Source: Eutreptiella sp. 'Long Island Sound 2002'
Lineage: Eukaryota; Protista; Euglenida
Direction: 5' to 3'
Assembly: GCA_964036045.1 (NCBI GenBank)
Contig: OZ038378.1
Location: 171,616,001-171,680,000 of the forward strand
DNA: 64,000 bases
A program made the position numbers and the translations under genes. The stretch's first letter is position 1, and every line of letters starts with the position of its first letter. The notes under the pieces are model-generated. The model had not been told where the DNA came from. It did no database searches and saw nothing but the letters and a program-made list of their open reading frames with translations. This document shows positions 34,759 to 46,750 of the stretch, in pieces.

Positions 34759-37442
34759 ATGCGGCGGCCCTTGCAGGCCGAACGCTCTCACCGAGGTTGC
34801 GATGGACCCAAGATCGGCGCCGTTGCTGTGGTGGCGGGCCCATGAGGGTCCTGTGTGCCGCGGGGGACCGCGCCACAGCATCACAATGTGCTTCGAGCAT
34901 ACATGCTACGCACTTTGCATGTGGACAGATCTCCGCAACTTGGCGGAACAGTGGGAGGGTGGGATCGCTCATGGGGATGCTTGAATTATGAAACAGAAGA
35001 ACTCTATTCGAAGGTGTTGGGGCTGTCAAAGAGTGTGCGGAACCTACATTCTGCAAGAACTACTGTTGCGCACACCCTGTAACAGCCAACCCCTCCACTC
35101 CACCGCAACTCAATCGCTGACACAAGAAGCGAGTGTATGCGAGCCCACTGCCCTGCCCACATGATGATGCCGATGGCCTCCAGCGTAGAGGCGGGTGTAT
35201 GTACAATTTGTACAATTACTGGGAACTTTGTTCCCACAGTGGGCGGCACTTCTCAGTAGCTAGGTGAGCAAATGGCGCTGTGGGAAAGCCAATTATTCGG
35301 GTGATCAGGTCGGAAGGGTTGGTGCAGGAGTCGACGCGGAACATACCCAGCTAGATGCCTCTCCAGTAGTGCAGCCTGAAAACTCTCGTGAGAAGCTTGT
35401 GTTGAACATTGGCTATCGGAGCCTTTTGGGGGAGAAGCTGAGATCTAGCCACATCGCTGTTTGTACCTGTACCTGGTAGCATGCACGGTGTGCACTATGT
35501 GTTGCCTCTTGTGGGCCGCGATTTTGGCTCCTGTGTAGAGAGCAAAAGCTCTGCTTCTTGTAGGCTGCTAATCCACTTTGGTCATAGTAGCCGGGATTGC
35601 CCCCTACACCGAGAGGATTCGCTGACGTTAGGGCACGTGAAGCGTCTTCAAATGACTGCGGGAGCAAGGAGAACATAAGCACTAATGCAATGTTGCGGGA
35701 TAAGTCCCTGGTAATGTGTCCTTGTGCAAAAGCAGATGCTTTATAGGCACCCACTAGAAAATGAGAGAAAGGGGCTAGTATGGCCAACCACTGCAGACAC
35801 CACACAACGGCAGACACAACAGATCATCACCTCGTAGGTCGCCCAAGCCCAGCATACGTATGTACATGTGATATGCCCCTACCAACACCCCTCAAGGGTT
35901 GGATACTTCCCCGGCCCTTGGTGTTTATGTTCTTAGGGGGAGTCTTTGCACTGCGCGCTACTTTTAGACTATGTTCCCCCCGAAGAGCCCCCAAGCACAC
36001 CCCTTGGAAACGCCCTTAGAATTAAGTGACCCAAACTGCCCCAGCTCAAGAAAGTTGCAAACTACCTTCCCTTCACATAACACACATCATGCACAACTGG
36101 AAAAGCCATGAACAGGTGTGGGTTGCACCATTTTTAGCGATGGAGGTTGGGTTGGGGCAAACTTGCATGTAACTTGATCCATGAATGCCCTTTCCTTTAC
36201 GTACATGGTACTCACACGAGCCTTAATCGCATCCTTGTATCGGATAATCGGACTTGCTTCAATACTTCCACTTCCCAATGGAATCTTTGGCTGTTTGATG
36301 CGTGCTTGTCCCCCTGAGTGGAAATGGCTCTTCGCCACTGTGCAGAGATATAATGCAAAGCATAAACACAATCAAGGCAAGAGAGTCGCAAATGGCATTG
36401 CGTGTAGTAAAGAGGGCGGAAATGCTACGTCACCCCTGCATTCTCGGGGATCCCCAAACAAAGGGGGACAAAATCAGAAGTCAAAACCTCCGCTAGGGGT
36501 CACCATGATGCCCCTAGGGGCCCCTAGTATCTCAAAGCATGGGTCTCTAGTACGGCCAGACGCCCAAATAGTTGCACTGCGCGCGCACTGCGCTTGAGGC
36601 GCCCCCTTACCTACAAAGGGATATTGCCCTTGCTGGCTTGAGATCACTCTTTGGGCTTATTATGAAGCCGGCCGAATGTAAGTTGTCTAAAACCGCTGGG
36701 GCTCTAGATTTTAACCGTTTTTTGGAGGGTGATCAAATGAGGTGTCTCGTTTGCTTGGCATTCTACCTACCAAAAATGTAGCGGTCGTTGTAGCCCCATT
36801 CCAGCTGGTCGTCTCTCTCGTTAAGCAGGCATGAGCTGCCGCAGGCATCGCATTGTTCTCGAAAATTTTGTCTGACATTCTCAACACTAGCCTCTTTTGC
36901 CAGGGCAACGGCTATTATGATTCCATTCCCTCTCAGCACGACACACGTCCACATGTGGTCACGCCTGAAATGGCAGCTCCAGGGTTGAGAGAAGCAGGGC
37001 TTGTTACGGTCTCCAAGTCCATACGGAGGAAGGTGGTGCCAAAAGGACTCACTCAACACAACAAAAAGGGCACACATCACTATCTCCCGCACCCCCAAAA
37101 AGCCTTGGAGGAGATGCTTGAGTCAGTTTGGGTAACTGCACACCGCCTTAACCACACCCACGCTAGGCCCTTTGCGGGTGCGTTGTGCGGTGTGGAGTGT
37201 CCTGCGAACCTAGCTCTGACGAGGTCAGTGGTCGTTGCTCTAGACTTGGAGCCGGGCATGTTATCTATTGACTTTGGAGCACTTTGTACCCTTGTTGGGC
37301 GCAAAAAATGTGCTCCTCGGAAGTCCGGACTTAATGGCTGCTTGTTGCAGCTCCTTCCTAATCGAATCCAACCAAATTGAATAAGGGGTTCTTGGTTGAA
37401 ACTCACATCCTGGGCCTTTTTGGGACCATTTTGGCGTTGGTA

Positions 37443-38032
37443 CCCCCCGCCCCCCTTGCAATCTCCCACGTTAGAGCGTGACGGTCTCCCGGGTGGGGGG
37501 GGGGGGACGGTCGCCAAGTGACGGTCTCCCGAGGGGAGGGGGGGGATTGCAAGGGTATTTCAAAGCACATTGGGTAACATCCGTTGCCCCCTAAGACTTG
37601 GGTGATTCAACCGCCACGGCCTCTAGCCTTGAGAGTCGGGCGCTCTCATGATCCACCGGAGTGACCCCACCAGGGCCTATGTACCGAAAGGGGCAAAACT
37701 GTGGCCCATTTGGTGAAGGGCCCACAATAGTGGCCAACACATGTGCACCAAGTGTGTGTGAGTGGTACCGTACACGGTCACCGGGAGAAAACATCTTGGG
37801 TCTGAAATAGCAACACAACACCCATACAACGCCTTTGGAGAGAGAACATCACAGAATACACACAGGTGCTTGATTTGAAGTAACGGGAAAGCAATGCAAG
37901 GCCATGTGTAAAGCAGATGGGCACCACAAACCAGCGCAATAGATGTTAACCAGAAAAACATGGAAGTGACGGTCTCCCGGGTGGGGGTGGGAGATTGCAA
38001 GGGGTGGGAGATTGCAAGGGGGGGGGGGGGGG
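37443..38032. mobile_element. TIR element, copy 1 (TA|CCCCCCGCCCCCCTTGCAA ends)
   Basis: Left CCCCCTTGCAATCTCCC and right GGGAGATTGCAAGGGGG. Both end blocks are shared with 58792-59367. Confidence 0.75.
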
Positions 38033-39900
38033 CTCCTCTTTGGAAGGTCCACGAGGATGGCGGCATCGTGCACACATGCGCGATGCGTGGTGACCTCCAA
38101 CCTCCCCACACCATGATGAGGGAGACTCGGAGACCGAGCTGGGCGAGTTGTGCGGCACCGAACCTGCGACAGCTGTGCTAGCGGATGGTTCTGCATGTGC
38201 ACCCGTCCTTTTCCAACATGCTGGCTAGCCCTTGGTTGAGTTGTTGTTTGTTGAGCACGTATGCGGGGCTGTGGGGGTGTTTACCCCCCATTGCTTTGAG
38301 TCATGGGAGGAAGAATGTCCAATACTTGGCCCAGGGGCCTAGTTGCTCACATTGAGGCCCTCGGCGGCCTTTGGCTTCCATGGACCTAATGTGTGTTTCA
38401 TCCGGCCGTGTTGTAATTGCCTCACACACACGCAGTCCAAGCACGTGCAGAGCTGGCTGAAGCATTGCATGGTGGCCCATTCCTTGGTGCAAGCTATTGA
38501 CGCTTTGTCAACCCATCTCTTGATGGATTCGGCCTAGGCCTTTGCTTACCAACGGGAGGGGGGGAAGTGATTTTGGAGACCAACCCACCCAAGATTTTAA
38601 AAATGTTTTTGGTGGGAAAAAAAGAAATTTCGAACAGAGGGCCAACCAAACCCACCCAAAAAAGGCAACAAGGCACCCCCCCCCCCCCCCTAGGGTAGGC
38701 AAGCCACCAAGCAAAGGCCTGATTCAGCCATAAGCAAATTTGCTGGGACTGACAAGGGCTGGATCTACTACAATTTTTCCAGCCATCGAGTGCCTGATAG
38801 GAGCTTTTTGACATTTCATTTTGTGCAACCCGCCCTGGCCACCTGTAGCATGGACTCTTCGAGGACGCCTTTGTCCGCCATATTGGGTTGGTCCTATGCA
38901 ATGTGCCTAGCAACCCGTAGTTGCGATAGGTAGTCTATGATTGTGGACTTTTCGAGGCTTAGTATGAGCATGGATTTGAACGTAGTTACGAAACTGACAC
39001 GTGACGCCTTTTTGAGTTTGGAAATCCCAGTTGCGAGCGACCCCCTCTTCCCGGCCTGTGAGCTTCATTTTTGACGGAGGTTTGGGCATCTATACGCCGA
39101 CCCCTTCCAGTACCAATGATATGACTTGCAAAACTTGCATTTGGTGGTGGGGGGCTTGGAGCAGTCGATTAGGGCCGCGAAAGTGCTCTTTGCCATCCAC
39201 AATGACCATGGGCGGCCTCGCGGGCTGCCACAATGCCGGCCTCCTCCTTGTCGTGCTTCTGCTTTTTTTCGCGGAGCCTTGCGAGGATGTGCTGGAGCTT
39301 GTGCATGAGTTGCTAGAGGATGCCCAAGAGAAGTCCGACCCGGTTGTGCTGTTTCCCCTCTTGCTCTTTTTTGACTTCGCCTTGTCCTTGCGTGTCTTCC
39401 TTTTTCTCCTTGCGATGCTTCTTTTTATCCTCTTCCTTGAGATGGTTTTTTCTTGCTTTGTCACACATAAGGACGCTATTCCATAGCCAAATCGAAAGCT
39501 CTTGACCCAAGATGGTTTTGAGGTTTGCTTCCGATGCAGGCTCTGGCTACTCCGGTCCTGGAGCACACCTTCGATGGATTTCTCCAGGCCTTTGCACAGC
39601 CGCGGCATCCACTTGGTGGGCCCCGTACGCTTGTGGATGCACTTCAAGTTTTTGACCATCATGATGTCATAGCGGGCCTAGTATGCTTGTCGTCAGGACT
39701 GCCCATTTTGGTCCCCCGATTGATCGGGCACCAACGACAATGTGTGAGTCCTCTTTGGTCACAAGCTTGGCAACTGAGAACGCTGCCTCGGACTGTTCTG
39801 TGGACAAACCGAAGCTGTGGACCTCAAGACCCCAACCCAGCACGAGCCGGGAGACAAAAACACCACAACACGTCATGAATTTGCTATGAATTTGCTATTG
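38033..39900 (-). mobile_element. Second decayed gag + tyrosine recombinase retroelement
   Basis: gag: K/S-rich ORF with (frameshifted) DCSKPPTTKCKFCKSYHWYWKGSAYRC at about 39070-39150. YR: LHVLGLRVCEA, GPWAKYW, R*HSCRRFGAAQL, IMVWGGWRSPRIAHVC. Confidence 0.8.
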
Positions 39901-42900
39901 ACCATACTCACGTGGAGAACCTCATGGAAGGACTTTGCCAATACGGTCGTATTGAGCCGCGTGGAGCAAAGCCAAGTTGTTGATGCCAAAGATCATGACG
40001 TCAGCTCAATGCTCGATAGGGACCTCCGCTGCCTTGGCTAGGAACCGTACGAGGTGGGACTAGGCTGTGTCTGGCAGCTCTTGCTCGTCTGCCATGAGTC
40101 GCTCCCAAGCAGAATCACCGGTCATACTGCTTGCACCCTTGCCGACTCCAGCCCACCAGTTGTCAGAGCTAGCGCTCTGCAGATCACTCATGGGGTCGCT
40201 TAAATTATAAAACAGAGTTATTCTGTTAGAAGGTGTTGGGGCTATCAGAGGGTCAGTCTGCGGAAGCTGAGGGTTAGTCTGCGGAAGCTGCGTTCTATGA
40301 GAACTCCTATTCTGGTGTCAGAACAAAGATATTCAAAATACAAAAAATGCACATGACAAACAGACAATTCACAAGGGAACAACAACAGCAACAAAACACC
40401 ACAAGAAACCCCAGCATAACCACCACTAAAGCATACCACAGGCCACTGCTGTTCTCAGGTCGATCAGAATTGTCTCCACAATGTGCGCAGGAGTCCACTC
40501 CTTGATTGTGAGGCTCTCCATGTCCACAAACCGAGCATTTGTCCCTAGCCTCGTGTGATGCAACGCAGCCCTAGTGCAGTTCTTTGTAGATAGATTTCAA
40601 CGCATTCCTTTTGTGGGTCCTGCCCATCTACATGCATACCACCAATGCATACACCAACATTTTTGATGAACCTCCCAACAGTGACGCCCCAGAAATTGTT
40701 GCAAAGTTGCTTAGGCTGTGTGATGTCTCCCACATTCAGTATTGCTTTTGTAGCTCACCACCAGAAATGTCCCAACATGGGAGCTGCATCCGTTCCTAAG
40801 ATGCAGCATTCCTCCTCTAGCCGGCCCATCCGGTCCACAGTCAAGGCTCAGGTGTGTGCTTTCTGAATGTTTGTGGCAGCACCGGGCAAGGGGCCAGGTT
40901 ACAGGGTTCAGGTTGATGCTACAAGCTGCCAACCGAGCTAGCAGGCGAGCCAGTCACCCCACTGGCTCCGAGCTCCACGGATACCCCTTACTATCCTCAC
41001 CAGCAAGTGTTAAAGGGCGGCCTGGGAACTTTCTTTGTGATGTTAGTCGTCCTCAGACGGGTCATGAACATCACACAATCCAACATAATTGCCTCGTGCA
41101 AGCGACAAACATCATCGGTGGTTCAGCATTGCCTGCATCCTGATGTACCCATTGTGTCCTGCGCAGTCGTGGCTCTGTGCATGTTGCTGGATGATGACAG
41201 TGTGTGACCTGTCCTACTTTGTGTGGCTTTATAAAAAAGTTTGGGACCTGTTGCGCTCGGGGCACACCATGGTTGTAGCTTGTCTAGTGTTCGCCCTCCT
41301 CTTCCAGTGCCAGGCCCTGAACGGCAAAAATAGCACAGGTGCCCTCAAACAAGCTAGAGGTTGGTGCCGGCAGCTTGCTAGTCAAGGTCACTGGAAATCA
41401 ATCAAAATCAAAATCAGTCAATCAATCAATCGGGAAATTCAGTGGGTGATCATTTTGTCTCCCAAAATGATGATTTTACAAACGGTTAAACATCCAATAT
41501 CACACATTGGGGTGTGCTACTCGAATACCTCCCAAAAGCGGGGGGGTGGGGGTACGTGGCACTCACGCCTACACTTGATCTAACAACCGTCCTCAAAATG
41601 ATTTTAAACACCAATTTTGCTGATAGCTACCCCAGGAGCTGAGTGCCTCAGGCTGAAATGTGACATGTACTTCATGCATATTGTGGAAAAACAATTCTTC
41701 TGGCAGTTTACTGCCAACCTTCAACTTGCCAGGCTTTAATCTAAGCGCTCTACCCTGCGCCCGAAGGGGTGGTGGGGAATAGGCTTGGAAGAAACCGGAT
41801 TCCCAGGCCTCTGGCCAAAAGCAGCCATGGACAACACAACCTCAGCTCAGGGCAGCTGCAGTAGTGAAGCAATCATCTTTGGAAAGCCCAGGCCTCTACT
41901 CCTGTATTTTCCTGAACTTCCCACCCTCCTCCTGGCTTGTAACGCAAGGCAGAGCACTAGTCAGAATGGTCAGGAAGGCTTGTCATGGCTCTGCTACTGG
42001 GCAGCTGAACCATGCACATGTGGTAAAGTAGAAAGCAACTCCAGACTGACAAAAGCAATTCATTTGCTATGCCGGCAACCCATGCCCGTGCAGGACCAGC
42101 AAAGCCAGCCATGTGGCACCTTGGACAGGGGGTGCTGCAAACACCCAGAGGGTGTGACAGAATGATGTACATAGGCGGAGCCCGCTCTCCGTATGGCAGT
42201 CGAAATAACTCCCGGGCTCAAGGCCCAGAGCTACGATTGTCCCAGAGAAATTACACTGGTAGCAGACTTTACACGCAGCGAGGATGAGCTGCCTCTGATA
42301 ACAAGCTGTGCAGCGGAAACAGGCACACCCATTGGCTTAGCCTGGGCCTGGGCCTTTGCTGCTCCCCAATGCAGCTCAGAAAGGGTGGGGGATAGCTGTA
42401 GAGTGTCTTTAGACAATCGTGCTGGTGAATGCAGTACTTCATCCTCATAGGCAGGTGGGTGGGCCTCCATAGATCCAAAAACAAGATACAAGCAGACAAT
42501 GGTGACGAGATGCAAATGAGGTGGTCTATTGTTTTGTTTTGTTCACTTGCTGTCACCTTTGGCCGACTGCAGCAATCATAGATGTAGACCTTCCATGTCA
42601 TCTCAGTTATCAGGCAGCCATACTGCATTCAGCTCGTTGGCGCGTTTGTTCCCTGCAACGCATGGCAATCAAAAAGCAAAGCTGCAGAACAAACCAGCCC
42701 CCAACAGGCGCCGCTATGGCGCCTCTTTGTTGAACATGAGCAAATCATCGCTCAGAGATAGGGCCTCGATAGAGAACGATGGATGAAGAAGCATGCTATT
42801 AAGCCTGGCTCATGGGCTTGGGGTTTGCAGGTGCCCCCATTGCCAGCTTATGACATCTGTATATGTAGAGAGCCGCCGGTATAAAGCAAGAGGCTTATGG

Positions 42901-45199
42901 CATAACAGCTCAGGTTCGCTTTGAGGAGAAATGGGCAACAAAGCACATTCCACTGAAAGAGCGGGACGTGGAGTGGAGTCAATGGACCATGACTGCATCA
43001 GGCATCTGCGAAAACTGTGGTCCCACACCCAGGAAGTAATCCAAGGGGTGCTGAAGGGGGTTTTCAAAGGCCTTGCAGGATCTCTCCCAGAAGCCTTCAC
43101 CCCAGGGGCAGAGTTACGACCCAGGCACCCTGTGCTGCGATTCAGATTTTGGATTTTGGTTTGGATTGGGTAGTAAATGGGTCCATGAGCACCTCCCAAG
43201 AGTGGAGTGCGCACCCCCCCCTGTGCATGTATAAGGTCCCCGGAGTTACTCTTTTCAGCCATACCGGGGCAGTGTCCAAAGGATGCACAGCTCGCCTCAA
43301 TTGGGGAACAACAATGCACATGCAACGCGACACTGTCAACATATCTTTCCACAAACCCCAACCAAAGAATGATTTTGTGTGCTGAACATTACGGCAGAGC
43401 AAAATGATGGGATATGGGATACTGTTAGTTAATACTGTCCAGGCCCCGAAAAGTACTCATACCCCTTACGATAGCGGCTACGGCTACCATGCACATAACG
43501 CCCCCCCCCCCCTTGGGCAAGCACGGCCGCGGTCCGAAAAGTCCAGGCAAAACAACGGTTCAACACCCACCCTGTGCTTAGACAAGGCCATGCATGCGCG
43601 TGACACTACCACAAAGCACACGCAGGCCTCAAACCTTACACAGCATGGTACAACACACAAGCAACTTTCCAAATATTGCCTGTCCTTATTCACTGTCAGG
43701 GGCATCAGGTGCCATGGAATAGAAGCCCTTTCCGACCTTCCGCCTCATCTAGAACAATTGGACATGCTTGCCCTTCGGAGCTGGGTTCTGAGCAGGTTTC
43801 GCAGCAGGTTGAGGGAATAACAATGTTAGTCATGGCTGAAATTCACATCAAAACAAGCAGCATGGGGTTGCAATGTGTGGCACAACGCTGTTATGAACAG
43901 AATGCACAATCACAGACATGACTGAGCCCCTCTTTCCCTCTACAAGCGTTTCACAAACACCCAATCCTCCATTCAGGCCCACAAAAAACAGCAGTCCCAA
44001 AAAATCCTAAAAACAGCGGTTCAACGCCCACCCTGTGCTTAGACAAGGCCGTGCTTGGACAAGGGGGGGTGGGGTACCAGTTACACTCCTGAGATCCTTA
44101 GAGCACTACAAAACCGGGGGGGGGGGGGGGCTTGGAAATGACAGTTCGCTCCATCCCAACCACTTCTGTCATCTGAGACCTTGCCCCCCCCCCCCCCGAC
44201 CCCTTTGGCAACCTTTCTCAAAACTTGCGAAAGCATCATGCCCAATCACATGACACCCTGGTCTGGAGCTCAAGATACATCATTTGTCTGGTGCAGCTAC
44301 ACACAGACATCCATTTTAATATGCATGAAAGGCAGGACACAAAGATGATGAATGCATGATACAAAGACATAAAAATTTCCCTCCTTGGGCTCAATTGTGG
44401 AATCTCTTCTGGGGCCCCTATGGTGTCCGATTCCTGTGCATACAATTGCATGTTGCATGTTGGCTGAGGAACTGTTTGCGACAATTTCTCGGATGAAGCT
44501 GCAACCAATCACAACAACTGGGTGCGTCACATCAATACAACAAGGGGGGCAAAGTGCACACAAGGTGCGCCCCGCCCCCTCCTGGCCAACAGGGCAGGCT
44601 GCATACCTGCCCCCCTTATTGAGAAAAAAAATGACCTGTCCGCATTAGGGGTCAAATTCCAAACCCAAACCCCCCTGCCCCGAAGAGGCAGAACATGTTG
44701 CGTCTATGAGCGGGCTGCACAATGTGCAAATGACAGGGCTCGAGCGCTGCCTTCTGCATGTGTGTGGTGTGCAGGATTTGGAGAGACTAGGATGGGACAA
44801 AATCACGATGAGAGTGTCCCCAGTGACAGACAATTCCGCCCAGTAGTTCTCATGTGAGGGGCGAACATGGCATAAAGCAAACTGCATCACATCCGAGTCA
44901 TGCAATCAACCTCAGAGCATGGTCATCAAAGAGACCATGGCTAGCAGCCATAATATATACTGCCTGAATTCAACAAGGGCAACAAGGGGTAGGGCAGAAA
45001 CCAGCATCCCAAAATACCATCCACAACTCCCAAATCATCACCGAAAAAACTTGACCTTCATGGGCAACGGGAAATTGGAATGCCAAATTCCATGGTTTCA
45101 AAAGTTGCAAAAACAACGGCAGGTGTTGTTTAGACAAGAGTGTTGTCTGGACATGGGGGTTGGGGGGGACGCGCCCCACCTTGGAGGAAGCTAAAGCTG

Positions 45200-46750
45200 G
45201 CTCTCACTTGGCCTTACTTCTGCTGAAGCTCCTACACACAAAGCTAATCTCACGTAGAAGGTGTGGTTTAAAAATTGGCCTCAATGTTGGCACTGGATGG
45301 GCACGACACCCATTCGTCTTAGCAGCCTCAGTGAGAAAGATAACAATTTGTAAAAACCCAAGCTGCTGCCACAGATCATGGACATCAACTGGCAGGAGTG
45401 GTGGTGGTGGTGTACACAGTATCCGGTGGGGAAGCACAACGAAAAACAGGGCCATTGGTGTGAACAGCGCCGGGGGGGGGGGGGGTTGTATCTTTGGACG
45501 CTACCAGGGAGGGTTGAAGGCTTTTAATGTCCTGGCCGCTCTTGCAACAGGAGGGTTAGGGGTTAGCGGGTTAGAGCCTGCCTATGGCCTGCCCTATCCC
45601 ACCCCTGGCCCCCCGGTGTGTCGCGGCGCGGCGGAAGGACGTCTGCCTCGTGTTATGTGCCCTCCAGGGAGGGATGAATGTCCCAGCGTTGGCCAGCTCA
45701 TTTACCCACGACATCGACCTGAGAGGACATTGAATCAACTCATTTCACAACTGAGTCAGTTGAGTTCTTGTACGAGGTCTTCCCACGGAGGGACACTTGG
45801 GACCGGCCTGGTTGAGCCAATCCAGCTCTGTATCTGCCAGTGGTGCGCGGCGCCCAGGGCGCTCAGAAGCAATTGAGAGTCAGTGCAAGCGGCAATTTTG
45901 CCAACAGTGGAGGTCTGCAGTGTGCGGACCGCCGTCATCAGTGCCGCTGTGTTATTGGCTTGCATGCGGCCAGATGGCACATCGCCTGCACAACCCTATC
46001 ACCTGCCAATTGCCCATCTTGGACACTGTCCACAGTTGCATTGAAGGGCATTGGCATCGACGGCAGTTTTTTCAAACAAGCATATTGATTGTGCAATGCA
46101 GCATTGTAACTGGCACATTTCACATGGGACCAATTTCTGCAGGGCCGGATTTCATACCCCGACACTTGGAAGGACCATAGTGGCACAGATGAATACCAGT
46201 GGTGAATGACGTCAAATGCATTGCAAAGAAATCTACACGGCATGGCGTGTATTGCTTCAAGACGGCCATCAATAGGGCAGTCTGGCCCTTCCAGCGTCCA
46301 CCATTTCTGGTGTTATCCCACAGGGAGTTTGTGCCAGAGGGACGTAAGGACAAAATCCCTCAGTGGTGTTGGCAGCGTGCAGCTGCCAATCGCTGTCCAA
46401 AAACGGGTTGACTGTTGGGCGGGTCTGGCAAAGGGGTAGGAAAGCAACGGGCCTGACTCCTGGCTGGTCCAGCTGTGTGGGGCATTTCGGGGGAGGATGG
46501 CACCGTCCCGCAGGGGGACTAACCCTAAGCCCATAACCAACTGGGTGACACCGCTAACTGCATCCCTGCTGCACCCACCATGCGGTGGTAACTGGGGAGG
46601 GGTTCGTTTGCATGATGTACCAGTATGCAGTATTTGGCAGACAGGGGTACCCGTGTATGGTCCCCAAGTGTACCCAGCAGCTTGGTATTCAGCTTTCATA
46701 CGGTTCTGGTGTGGGATCAGTGGCAGGATTGTACGCACTTACCCTGGGGA
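45200..46750 (-). mobile_element. Decayed non-LTR (LINE) 3' region: zinc knuckle plus RNase H
   Basis: LPTPLRDFVLTSLWHKLPVG; CPIDGRLEAIHAMPC at about 46235-46280; QANNTAALMTAVRTLQ...ACTDSQLLLSAL at about 45860-45965. Many stops and frameshifts. Confidence 0.75.
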
